Origin: Mobula hypostoma
Lineage: Eukaryota
NCBI RefSeq assembly: GCF_963921235.1
Contig: NC_086118.1
Span: forward strand, 19,904,001 to 19,968,000
DNA: 64,000 bases
Direction: 5' to 3'
The notes beneath the pieces are model-generated. The model saw only the letters and a program-made list of their open reading frames with translations. It was not told the origin of the DNA and did not search any database. Shown piece after piece: positions 35,425 through 48,184 of the stretch. Each line of letters opens with the position of its first letter. Positions within the stretch are counted from its first letter, which is position 1. Both the position numbers and the translations under genes were made by a program.

Positions 35425-38400
35425 CAATGCATATGTGTAGACATCAGATCAATGCCCATAGGTAAGTCATCAGTCCATATATATTGCTAAAGGGGGTTAT
35501 TGCTCTAAAAGAAATAGATCCATAGATTACACTTCCTTCCCCTTTAGATTAATGTATGTAACATAAAACTGTACTTGTAAAAAACATTCAAATTTCCCTT
35601 TAACAAACCATGTTAAAATAAACATGCTTTCACAATAACAGTCCATAACCAACTTGACGATAGTAAAGATTCAGTCTTTTGGGTGGTGCTCAGTTTCTTT
35701 CAGGATAGCGCCTCTAGATCTGTGGAGTGGCACTGGGTTGGCCAGTGTCTTGTCAAAGACAACTTTCCCTGTTGCAGGTGTCACGTTGCTGTTAGTGGCA
35801 TGATTATCACTGAGAGGTAATTTCAGTGTCTGTAATGTGTCTGTCTTGTTGGATGCAGTCAACTCAGGTGTGTTCTTCAGTTGAACATTGAGTAACTGGT
35901 CCACATGACATCTCCATCTATGATTTCCAACATCCACCATGTATATCAACGGTCCGGTTCTTGTAGCTATCCTACCAGGTGTCCACATCTTTTCGGCCAT
36001 CACGTGCTAGGACATCCTATGCAACCTCAAATCTCCTCGTTGATTCACCTGGCAACTGTCTGAACTGTTTATTCTGCATTTCCCTCCGTAGATCTGGTTT
36101 CAGGAGGTCTACGCGAACTCTCAGATTCCTGCTCATGACCAGCATTGCAGGTGTTTGATTTGTCATTCAATAAACAGAGTTCAGATATACAAAAATGAAG
36201 TTGTCCACCTTGTGCTATAGAGAAATGTCCTCCTTGTTCATCATTTTAATGGACTTCTTGAAGGTTTGGATAAACCTTTCAGCTAATCCATTTATTGCTT
36301 GGTGATGAGGAGCTCACTTGAAATGTTTGATACCATTTTTCTTCATGAATAGTCTGAACTCTTCTGACATGTGCTGTGGTCGGTTGTCTGTCAGAATATA
36401 TTCAGGTAAGCCATTTCTGGAGAAGGTAGCCTTCAGAGCAGGAGCTGTCTTTTCTGAGGTGGTGAACTTCATTGGTATGACCTCTGTCCACTTTGAATGA
36501 GCATCCACAGCAATCAGAAACATGGAGATCATAAATAGCCCAGAAAAGTCAATACGCACTCTTTGCCATGGTGAAGACAGCCACTCCCACGGGTGTAACA
36601 GTGCCTGTGGGGGTGCACTCTGAACTTTGTGCCATCCCAAACAGCTTTTAGTCAAGTCTTCAATCTGCCTACCTATTCCTGGCCACCACACGTACCTCTG
36701 GGTGGGACCTTTCATCTTGACTGTACCCAGGTGTCCTTCAGGCAGATCCTCTAACAGTCTGCTGTGCAGTTTAGAGGGAACTACAACATAAAATCCACAT
36801 GTCAGTGTTCTTTGACATACCGACAGTGGGTTTCATCCCACTGAGATCTCTGGAAATATAGGATTACCATGAGCTGGCCATCCTTGCATGGTGATGTCAT
36901 AGACATCTGACAATGTCAGGTCACTCCTTGTTTCTCTATGTATTTCAGAATTTGTTACCGGGAACCGATCCATCAATGCTGTGTGGAACACCTCTGCTGG
37001 GTCATACAATGAAGAATTTTGTTCTTCAGTTGCCAACAGTGGAAGACATGACAAGCCATCAGCATTGTTGTGTCGTTTGGTACCCTTGAACTCTATGTCA
37101 TAAGAGTGGGCTCTTGGGAACAGCACCCAATTTTGTAACTGGTTGGCAGATATCATTTTAATTCCTTTCCTGGGATTGAAAATAGACACAAGGGGCTGGT
37201 GATCTGTCACTAGCATAAACTTTTGTCCATGGAGATAGTGGTGGAACTTCTTTATTCCCCATACTAGACTAGGGGCCACTCGGTCAATCAGTGCATAGCT
37301 ACGTTCTTCACTCATCAGTGATCTTGACGCAAATACAATCAGGCATTCAGATCCATCTTTCACAGTGTGTGACAAAATGCCATAAGGAGCCTATCGCACG
37401 CCAGTCCAATGGGCAGTGATGGGTCATAATGGATGAGCAGTTCATCAGATAGAAATAGTCTCTTCCTTTCCTTGAATGCTTTTTCACATCCTTCTGACCA
37501 TTGCCACGTTGCTCCTGTTTGTTACAGTGCGTTCAATGGGTGCAACACTGTAGCAATGTTTAGGAGAAGTCGGTGGTAGTAATTTACAAGGCCCAAGTAT
37601 CACCTGAGTTGGGACACATATTCCAATTTAGGTGCCTGCAGCACAGCTTCAATCTTCTCTTGTGATTATGTAAGCCCTGCTTACCAATAATAATGTCCAC
37701 AATATGAGATTTCAATCTTGAAAAACTCACATTTCTCTCCCTTTCACGCAGACCATACTCTCTCAGCCTGGTAAGCACATTACCAAAGTTCTAGAGGTGC
37801 TCTTCATCAGCCTTGACAGTCACAATGATGTCATCAAGGTAACATTGTGTTCCTGGGACATTTTGCAGTACTATGACCATTTCTCTTTGTCAAATTGCTG
37901 AAGCTGATGCGATGCCAAAGACAAGATACTTGTGATGTTGGTTGTGAGGAACTTCCTTCTTGACTCCTCAATCTCCATTTGCAGATAGGCTTGTGACAAG
38001 TCAATCTTTGAAAACCTCTCTCCACCTGCCAAAGATGAAAAAATGTCTTCTATTCATGGCATGGGATACAGCACAGTATGCAGCACAGGGTTGATCTTCA
38101 CTTTGAAGTTTCCGCATGTGTGAACAGTTTCTCTTTCTTAATCATCGGGACAATAGGGGTAGCCCAATCGTTGCACTCAACCTTGGAGGGAATGCCAAAC
38201 ATCTCCAAACTCTGCAGTTCAGTATCCACTTTAGAACATAGTGCGGAAGGCACTGAACGCGCTTTATGGAATCTTGGTGTCGGTGCTTCATCCAGTTCAA
38301 TTCTGGCCTTCGTGCCTTTAAGTTTACCAATACCCTTCTCAAACACCTTCTCATTAGCACCAAGCAGCTGTGACTGTGACTGGTTAGTGCTACCATTTGG

Positions 38401-39984
38401 GCTGCAATTGCTTGTTGAGAGCTTTGATTGTGTCCCAGTCTAGTTGGATTTTTCTCAACCATTCACATCTGAAAAGTGCTGGCCCTCCACTTTTCAACAC
38501 ATAAAGCTCTAACTGCTGTGTTCTGCCTCTGTACATCACATTGACTTTTGGTTTGTCTTTGCAAGACACTTTTTCGCCTATGTAGGTCTTTAGCAGCACT
38601 CAGGTCTTCTCTAGTGGCAGCTTAGAAAGCAGTCTGTTGTAGTCAGCCTCTGAAATTACAGACAAAGCTGACACTGTATCCAGCTCCATCTCCAGCTTTA
38701 CACTGGGCACATCTATTGTGATCCATATGATTTTGTGATCTGCTTCAGTAATGCTATGTAGTTCTAGGCAGGATGGCTCACCTTTGTCAGTCTCTGTGCT
38801 GTCTAATTCTGTTTCATGTTTAGTCACTTAATGCATTTGTTTAATTTTGTGTTTAAAACTTTTTACTCTGCGTGGATATTCTCTTTGGTTGTGCTTTTTG
38901 TTTGAATTGCACATACTCTCTATGTGACCTTGTCGGTGACACTTTCTGCAGACTTTTTCTTTGAACCAATAGTCATTTCCATCAGGGGAGGATTTGCCAC
39001 ATCAATAACATTTTTGTCTTTTTGAACCATTCAGGGACATTTTGTTCACATTCTAAGCACCTTTCCTGTAATTCTGCTGCATCCTTTTCTGCAATCTAAT
39101 GATATTGCAATGGTCAATGCCCGTTCTAAGGTTAGGTCCCTTTCTGACAGTAGCCTCTTTTGAGTGCTTTGACTCTGCATGCCACATACAAGTCTGTTAC
39201 TTAATGCATCAGAAAGTCCATCTCTAAAGTCAATATTGGGAAGGTTTGTGCAGTTCTGCAACGTATTCAGCAATACTTTCATCCTTTGACTGGTTTCTTT
39301 CATAAAATCTAAATCTCTCAGCTATTACCAACGGTTTAAGGCTCAAGTGATTTTGTAAAATTGTAACAATTTTATCAACTGCCTTGCTTTCAGGCTTTCC
39401 AGGAGTTACTAAGTTGTGTGAAAGCTTGTATGTTTTAGCATCCACGAAGCTAAGAAGCGTGAAGGCTTTTTTTTCCTCGTCTACGTTGTTCACATTACTA
39501 TACAGTTCAACTCTCCTGATCTACGATTCTCAGCACTATCAAATTTGTCCACTTTCCTAACTGAGGCCATCGTCACATTATTTTCTCTTTAACTTTGCTA
39601 GTTGTGCATCTTTCACTATGTACCAGGCAGTTCCTCACGGATCCCTTTATTAGCGTCCATAACGGTCTTTTCCACATTGTTTCACTCTTCCCTCTTACTG
39701 TCTCACTCCCTTCCAAAGTCTGTCATTCCCTAACTGTTGGTGATATTCGCTGACATTCAGGTTTGTACAAACCGCCACTTTGTTGTGCCTGTAGAACTAC
39801 ATATCAATTAAAATAAAAGCACGCACACAGCATATGAGGTTAACTGGTGTATTCACATTGCAGCGAGGGAGAGAGATCAATGTGTATGCGTAGACAACAG
39901 ATCAATGCATATAGGTAGGTTATCAGTTGATATGTAGTGTTAAGGGGAGTCATTGCTCTTAAAGAAATAGATCCATGCATCACA
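35286..39984 (-). mobile_element. Full-length decayed Ty3/Gypsy LTR retrotransposon
   Basis: LTRs 35286-35531 and 39781-39984; TSD GTTAC/GCTAC; PPT 35532-35546; gag (IAERFRFYERNQ), PR (MELDTVSALS), RT (WATPIVP), RNase H (FASRSL, TDHQPL), IN (PWQRVRIDF, AVDAHSKW, TDN); many frameshifts. Confidence 0.92.
35374..35421 (+). repeat. (GA)24 microsatellite inside the LTR
   Basis: Seen directly. Confidence 0.95.
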
Positions 39985-40199
39985 GCTACTGTAAACTGTC
40001 CTTCGTGTGTAAACTTTAGAGGGGGTGGAGGTTGATGGAACTGTGAGGAGAATTAAGTAGGATAAGTAAGTGGGTGTCTGGTGATCAGTAGAGTCGCTGT
40101 GTGTCTTAAATTCACACGGCCAAGTGACAATCAGATAATCACATGAATCCAGAATTTTTGGTCATTATTGCTGTTTCACACTCTGGGGTAGAACCAGGG

Positions 40200-40520
40200 T
40201 CGTACCAGTCAGTACCAGATGTCCAGAGCAAATCTATGTGGAGTTTGCAGATTCTTCCCGTGACTCCATGAGACTCTTCTGCCATTCCAGTTTCCTCCCC
40301 CATCCAAATAATGCACTGGCAGATTAATTGTGCACTGTCAGTGACACCCAGGCATGGATTAATGGCAATAAGAACTAAGAGGGTTTCATGGGCATTGATG
40401 AAAGGGAGTAGTTACAAGGATATAGGGAAATGAGGAGAGGTGGAATGGGACTGATGAAAATGCTTCTGGCATGGACATGCTAGGCTGAATATCCTCTCTC
40501 TCTGTTGTTATATTTATAAG
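40200..40520 (+). mobile_element. Degenerate V-SINE-like element
   Basis: TGTGGAGTTTGCA..TTCTTCCCGTGAC..CCAGTTTCCTCCC V-domain-like sequence. Confidence 0.55.
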
Positions 40521-40599
40521 ATAAATCTTTTAAACAAAGTCTGGGAAGTGAGCAGGAGAGCAGCAGTGATTTCACTGTCATCAAAAAGCAGTATCTACT

Positions 40600-41030
40600 C
40601 TCTGAGATCCCCACCACCCAGCTGATTCTCTTTTCTCCCTGCTGCCATCAGAAAGAAGGTACTTGCACCAGGACACACCCCACTAGGTTCAAGAACAGTT
40701 ACCACCCCTCAATCATCAGGCTCTTGAATAAAAGAGAATAACTACACTCACTTGCCCATCCATTGAGTTGTTCCCATAACCAATGATCTCATTTTGAGGA
40801 TTTTTTATCTCATTATAATATGTTCTCGTTATTTGTTGCTGTTTATTTATGTTTGTATTTGCAAAGTTTGTTGTCTTCTGAACTTTGATCTTTCATTGAC
40901 CCTGTTACAGTTACTATTCTATTGAGTTGCTGACTATGCCCGCAGGAAAGTGAATCTCAGGGTCATCGATGTTGACATACATGATGCCATATATATGCTT
41001 CGATAATAAAATTTACTTTAATCTTTGAAT
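40600..41030 (+). mobile_element. Rex1/Babar-like LINE 3' fragment
   Basis: LLPSERRY..RFKNSYHP-type C-terminus; 3'UTR similar to 53610-54235. Confidence 0.65.
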
Positions 41031-41689
41031 TAACGAGAATAACACTGGGGCAGAAGTGTTGGGTCAAATAGACTTTTCTTTCGCTTCATAAACTACTTCT
41101 GGTAATAGCACAGAAGGCTGTAAGGGCTGATGTAATCTGGACATTAGATGAGCCTCTGCTTGACCAAAGGGAACATCATCTGTGGAACGCACTGCCAATC
41201 GATGTAACGTTTAATTATTGGCTTAGAGCTTTACATAGTTCTTTCAGACAATAAATGGATTTTATTTTCTTTGACTCTGCAACAATGAACAGCATTCAAA
41301 TTATTTTATTTTCCTTTGCATTATTCAATCTTTAGCCTTTAGCAATATAATGGCCCTTGAGTGCTAGTTTATAGAATAGGGAAGTGCTGTCTAAATGTAA
41401 ATTTGTGCAAAATGTGAAAAAATAGGCATCCTCCTGTCGGTGGAAAAATAACTTTAACAGCATGACAGTATGTTGAATATTTCTTTGAATATACTCAAAA
41501 TCAACAAGTGAGCTCTTGATTTTAAAAGAAATTCAATGTCAATAGAATGCATGGAAGGTTCTCAAACTGATGTGATGCTGTGGGGAATTCATTTCACTGT
41601 TTTACCCCTTTACACCAAATGTGTAATTTTTACCATGGCTACTGAAAACGTAGTTTTATGCATTGAATTTGATACTCCTAAATTTTCTG

Positions 41690-42295
41690 CATATTTTGGC
41701 CAATACTGTGCTGGCCTTCATCAGCCAGGGCATTGAGTAAAGGTGTTTGAACATTATGTCGCAATTGTATAAGTCATTGATGTGGCTACACCCTGTGTAC
41801 ACTTTTAGTCACTCTGTTTAGAGAAGTTGTGATAAAACTGGAAAGAGTGCGAAGAAGATTTACCAGGATATTGCTTGGACTAGCAGCCCTAACAGTAAGG
41901 AGAGGTTGGCTAGGCTAAATCTTGAGTTCTTGGAACATAAGTAATCTCATAGAAGTCTTTAAAATTAGAACAGGTAACAATCTTTCCCCCACGGTAGGAG
42001 AGACCGAAACTAGTGGGTATAGAAAAGTAGTGGGTGAGAGGGGAAAAATTGAAAAAGGAACTGAAAGGCAACTTTTTCACTCAAAATTAGTGAGTGTATG
42101 GAATGAGCTTCCAGAGGAAATGCTTGTGACAGGTACAAGAGTAACCTTTATGAAGCACTTGATTAGGTACATAGAGGAGTGGAGCTTAGGAGGATATGAG
42201 CTGAATGCAGAAAATTGGAACTAACTGGGTAGACGCTGTGGACTAGTTGGACAAAAAAATCTGTGTCCATGCTGTTCTCCTCTATGAATCAATGA
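41690..42295 (+). mobile_element. Old CR1 3' fragment
   Basis: NLIEVFKI, VSVWNELPEE; CTATGA-type tail. Confidence 0.75.
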
Positions 42296-42322
42296 CCATA
42301 ATATCCAGGTGCTTTATACTTT

Positions 42323-42324
<2 letters not shown>

Positions 42325-42374
<50 letters not shown>

Positions 42375-42386
42375 ACACACACACAC
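42325..42386 (+). repeat. (AC)n microsatellite
   Basis: Seen directly, with one interruption. Confidence 0.95.
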
Positions 42387-42674
42387 GCTAATGATGCAAC
42401 ACTTATCTTAGGCTCTAACTATCTGTCCAAATCCCAAGCACTATCTGTTATGCTTTAGGTTGGTCATGTGCGTAACATGTCTGGAGTCCAAGATTCTCTG
42501 CTCCTCACAAAAGCTGGTCTCCTGCTTCTGGGGGTGGGGAGGGGTGATGTTTGTGCTCTCTTTGGAGACAGAATAAGCTTCAGGTGCTAGAAGCTGGAGC
42601 AAAAAACAAGATCCTGGAGAAACTCAGAAAGTCCAGCAGCATCTGTGGAGGGAAATGAATAGTTGACATTTCAA

Positions 42675-43110
42675 ACAACAGGAATTCTGCAGATGCTGGA
42701 AATTCAAGCAACACACATCAAAGTTGCTGGTGAATGCAGCAGGCCAAGCAGCATCTATAGGAAGAGGCGCAGTCGACGTTTCAGGCCGAGACCCTTCGTC
42801 AGGACTAACTGAAGGAAGAGTGAGTAAGGGATTTGAAAGCTGGAGGGGGAGGGGGAGATGCAAAATGATAGGAGAAGACAGGAGGGGGAGGGATGGAGCC
42901 GAGAGCTGGACAGGTGATAGGCAAAAGGGGATACGAGAGGATCATGGGACAGGAGGTCCGGGAAGAAAGACGGGGGGGGGGTGACCCAGAGGATGGGCAA
43001 GAGGCATATTCAGAGGGACAGAGGGAGAAAAAGGAGAGTGAGAGAAAGAATGTGTGCATAAAAATGAGTAACAGATGGGGTACGAGGGGGAGGTGGGGCC
43101 TAGCGGAAGT
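42675..43110 (-). mobile_element. Young Penelope-like element 3' end (pLTR region)
   Basis: Near-identical reverse complement of about 57946-58376. Confidence 0.9.
42771..42806 (-). ncRNA. Minimal type I hammerhead ribozyme
   Basis: Minus AGTC-CTGACGA-AGGGTCTCGGCCT-GAAA-CGTC-GACT. Confidence 0.85.
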
Positions 43111-44555
43111 GCACTATTCCTCAAATGCATATTAAATTGGAATTTTTTAAAAAAATTATTACAGTGGTTTCCATATAACATCCGTGGAGTAAAATAAACA
43201 GATGATGTTTTGTTCTCCCTCCATAGATGCTGGCTGACCTGCTAAATCCTCCAGCATTTTGTTTGTGTTGCACGCTGCCCAAGATCATCTGATTCAGCTT
43301 TGCAGACAATAATAAGCAGAAACACAGTTAACTCAGACAGAATTCATGAAGGCATCGATAACGATCAATATCATTGCTGTTTTTTACATAATTTTTTATA
43401 GTCATAGTCATACTTTATTGATCCTGGGGGAAATTGGTTGGGGTTTAGAATTCTTGTTAATTCATCACAATACAGTGAAACACAGCCCCCTGTCATAGGT
43501 TAGACGCAGGGTCCTGCAGTGTGGAATTTTAGGCAATATTGATATTTTGCAAGATCAGTATAATCATCCGCAAAGATACTGCAATTGCATTATATGTAAT
43601 ATCAGGCATTCAACAAAGAGAATTTTACAGTCATATTTTCCTGAAATCCAGCTGTGCATTAATTCACCAAATGCATATTAATGGCAAGTAATGTAAGCAA
43701 ACCAAGAGGCAATACTCAAGGTAATAGACCCTGTTTACTCTTGGAAAATACAAACAAAGCCAAGGAACACTGAAAAAGAGCAAAATATGCCTGCTAAGTA
43801 GAACAATATGTTTGCCAGGAAAATGTATTTAACCCATTCCTGGTGAAATCAATAGGTTCCCTCATGCTAAATCAAGTACCAACCCCAAAATTTTGCTAAA
43901 TTGAGGCATACTCACTTTGAGAAATTGCTATTGTCATTGTTCCCCCATTTAAAAATGTGAGAAGGGGAAATGCAAGTTAGCAGGTGGAAACTGCTGCATC
44001 AATTTTGCATCTTATTAATGCACTGCCTATTGGAATGCAGGGCAGACCTATTAATAAGTTCTCCCTCTGTCACAACCGATGTTTTTCCACATTGTCTTCT
44101 GTCCCCATATTCCCTTTTGGAAAAGAGGCCAAATGACAGTGTGAGAGCAGAACATACTGTGAAAAGGTAAAAGCTCAGTTAAGAGAAATATTTACAATCA
44201 TAAAACATGATTTTCGCAGCAGGAAGAATCAGTCAAGGCGCACTTTAATAAAATAATGGTTGTAACATCACCTCGGCATTCTTGCCAATAGCCCCAGAAA
44301 CCCAACACTACCTTGCCCACAAGGCATCTCTCAACCTCTGTTCTACCAGCTTTTGAAGGATTCAGGTATTCAAAGGATTCAAACTACATTTATTATCAAA
44401 GTACGTATGCAGTATACAACCCTAAGGTGCGTCCTCTCCACAGCCAGCCATGAAGCAAAAATCAACCATGGATCCGGAACAACCAATGGTTCAAAAAAAG
44501 AAAAATAAACATCAAACAAACCCCCTCCCCCACACACAGAAATAAATAAACTGTA

Positions 44556-45089
44556 TGTAACCCTCCGGCTTGCCCAACTCGCGTTCATCTAGGGAAAACA
44601 GTCTTCAGTCCTGCCAAATTGGGAAATCACGTTTGTGTGGATGCTGTGTAATGTACCCCCAGTTACAAACTCACAACGCAAAATATCAGACAGTACACCG
44701 TATGCAATTAAATGATTGAACTTTATGAATCTTAATCTGAATATAGGGTTAGTAATGAAGATTAAAAAAGGGCCCAATTCAAGTGAAAAGTTCACATTGG
44801 AGCTCACTCAGTAGTCATTCTTCCACCATCAGTCACCTCCGTGCATCGCCGACCTTCAGACCCTCAGATCCCAGTCCACTCTGTCTGGTGGTCTACCAGC
44901 TCTGTACACACACGGCTTCCCTCTTCATCTCTCCTCGACAAAAAACTGCGAAGAAACATCCTTCCAGATACACAAGATAAAGCATCAATCTCCGATTGGC
45001 TAACATGCATACCATAGTCCTGTTGTCTCCAGCTGTAACCCAAACATTGCTGTTACCTCAGCAGTGAACGTTACAGAGAAGCCATTACA
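44556..45089. mobile_element. Solo-LTR-like insertion inside a minus-strand non-coding retroposon (about 44360-45740)
   Basis: TGTAAC start and TTACA end; no clear TSD; host has a (TTGAAT)-type tail near 44360-44385. Confidence 0.45.
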
Positions 45090-46094
45090 CACACAAACAG
45101 CAACAAAAACAAAATAAATGAAAACAGGATGTAAGACATGTAACTAAAAGGCATATCCAATTCAGCTCGGTGTTCATTATCTGCAAGCCATCCTGATTCA
45201 AAGTCGCCCAAACTAGCAACAAAAAAAGGAGCAATCAGAGAATTAGAGCACATTATAAAACATGAATTAGAGTCCACAATCCACAAACCACTTCGATTAA
45301 AGTTTGCTCTGGCTTTATCCTCAGACAGCATCAAGGGAGAGAGAGAGAGAGAGAGACAGATCAATCATTTGAATGCATGGATCTTCCCTGTGGAACAGCA
45401 AGTGAGAAGGAGAGAGAGAGAGAGAGAGAGACGGTCACACACAGAAACTGTCCCCCAGCAGCAGCAAGCACAAGGCTGGTAGACAGTGCTGAGCACTCGC
45501 TCACCCTCTGCACTCATCTCAATGACTTCAGTCTTCCTCAGTGCTTTAATTGGCAAGAGAGGGAGTTGAGCATGGACCCGCATCTCTAGGCTTTCTGGTC
45601 TCCATACCACAAGCTTTGCCTGCAGCCTCACAGTATGCTCTCAGAGACAGCAAAGCATCAGATCGCCCGAGCAACCCGATAAAACACCTCCTGTAAGTCG
45701 ATAACAGGCTCCAACTGTAGTAGAACCACATCTGAAATAAAAAGATGCAAAAGAAGTGAAAGGATTGTTTCATGAGGATGTTGAGGATGTCGCCCCGATA
45801 GCATTTTTCACAAAGAGGGTTCCAAAGACTCACAGAAATCTGAGGGCAAAAATGTTGTCTCATCTCTGACAGCATCTTATTTTTAAACAATGATCTTTGT
45901 TCTGGATTCTCCTAAAAGAAGAAACATGTTTCCATGTCCACCTGGTCAAGATCTCTCAGGATCTTCTATGTTTCATCTGAATCCCTTCTCATTCTTCAAA
46001 ACTCCAGTGGACAAGTGTTGGGTACTGATGCCTTCCATGCTATGGGGCAGAGCAATAGAGTCCTTTATTAATGGTAAATAAATATCTAATAGGG

Positions 46095-46735
46095 TATCAC
46101 CGCAGAGGTTCATCAAGGCAATGTGTTAGCCCCAACCATCTTCATCAAAGTCCTCCTTTCCTTTTGGTCAGATATGTAGATGTTTGCCTTTGATTTCACA
46201 ATGTTCATTTCTGTTTGGCACTCCTCTGCAAATGAAGCAGTCCATGCCAGCGTGCTGCAAGACCCTGAGAGCATCCAGGCATTTGTCTGACAATTGCGGA
46301 TAATACTTACACTGATAAAGTGCCAGGCCATGACAATTTCCCATGAGAGAAAGTCTAACTACATGTCCTTGACATTCAATTGCAATCCTATCACCTGCTC
46401 CTCCATCACAGACATCCAGGGGAATCACTATTTATCAGAAGTTCAACCGCACAAGCAACAAAAATGGAAAAGATCAGAGACTGAGTAATTCGCCACCTGA
46501 CATCCCCAAGCCTTTCAACTATCTACATGGCACAAGTCAGAAATGTAATAGAGAACTCTCTATTTCCTTGAGGTACTGCAGCTTGAACAACATTCAAGCA
46601 GTTTGATATTATCCAAGGTAAAGCTTTCCACTTGATTTGTACCCAGTTCCTCTTTCTAAGCACAGTTTCCACAGTGTGTACTGTCTGGAAAATACACTGC
46701 AATTATTCGCTAAGATTACTCAGACAGAGCCTGAG
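46095..46735 (+). mobile_element. Old CR1/L2-group LINE 3' fragment
   Basis: RT remnants (QGNVLAPTIF, KCQAMTISH, STIYMAQVRNVIE). Confidence 0.6.
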
Positions 46736-48184
46736 TATAATTCTCATAATACCCATGATCGATTTTACCACTAGCAACAATACCCAAGAAGTTTTGCATC
46801 ATCCAGGACAAAGGAAATTGGTGCCTCAAATGCTTCAAGTTTTTGTTTTGGGCTACTCCTCTATTAGCGGGCTGCTATTATTTGTGCCCTAATTTCCTGT
46901 GCTCTGCCTATTTAGTTTGAGTTCTCTTGTCATTGCAGTACTACCAGGCATTGTGCTCCAGCATCTTTAGAGAAGGTTTCAGGTCAGATGGAAGGAAATT
47001 ATTACCCCTGGATGTGTTAGGCCAGAGAAAAGGAATATATCCTTGTTATGTAACCCAGTCTATCTGGAGACATCTGATGAAGGATCTCAGCCCAAAATAT
47101 CAATAGTTTATTCCCTCCATAGATGCTGCCTGACTCGCTGAGATCCTCCAACATTTCTGTGTGTTGTTCATGATTTCCAGCATCTGCAGAATCTCGAGTC
47201 CATTTTGAGATCTTGTTAGGATGGACTTTTTCACAGGAAGAATAATGTAATATAAGTAGCAAGCAGTCAGGTATCCTTTGTGCACACGAGAGGTTTTTCA
47301 TCGGAACTATAAAACTTGCATTCTCTTGCCAAATGCTTGAAACTCAATGACTGAAAATTTCAGACGGAGGTTAATATAGTTTCTTCTTCCCAAGCATTCC
47401 AAAGCAGCCTGTCACATTCCCAGAACCAAGCGAAAGGTGTAAACATATTTTGTCTACTCAGTGTGCGATAAATGAACTGTTGACATGGGAAAACATCTTG
47501 TTTATTGCTCTATGGCTCTGCTGTGCATCGCCCTAATGGTTTAGCTTAGATAAGAGTCCATTCTGTGAACTGCAGATTTAGGGAATTTGATGAATTTGGT
47601 AAGGTGATTTTGTCTTGTTCTTTAATGAACCAGTCAAATTTTCTGTTCTGATTAAAGAAGATATCTTTAGCTCTTTCCTGCCTCTATGCCTTACCCCAAT
47701 GTTAATACACATCTTTCAGTAACGGGAATGGGCTATTGCACAACCCTCACTGAGGTATTGGAGCATCAACTATACAGTCAGCCAAACTCCATTCAAAAAT
47801 GGCACGAGAGTCAGGATGCAGCATCCTAGCTCCTTGGGTTTATTGCAGACCAATAGCATGACATAAGGATGGAAACTGAAAACAATAAAATACAGTGCAA
47901 TTACTCCGTTGTTCCATTCACACACATAAGTAAGAACTTAGTTAAGTTTCCTACAGGTATTATAGTATCCCGACAAGCAATTGTTACAGGTAAGTAGTAT
48001 GTGTAAACCATTCACATCTAGATTAGTTTCTAATAAATTCAAACCTTTAGACTAGCTTCCACTGAGGAAACAACAGGATGACTTTAGATAGAAATATCTT
48101 TAGCTCCTGACATGAGCCTCTGGCCTTCTGCCAGCCAATATGCTTTTCTACTTCCTGTTTCCTGAATATACAGATCTAAAACTG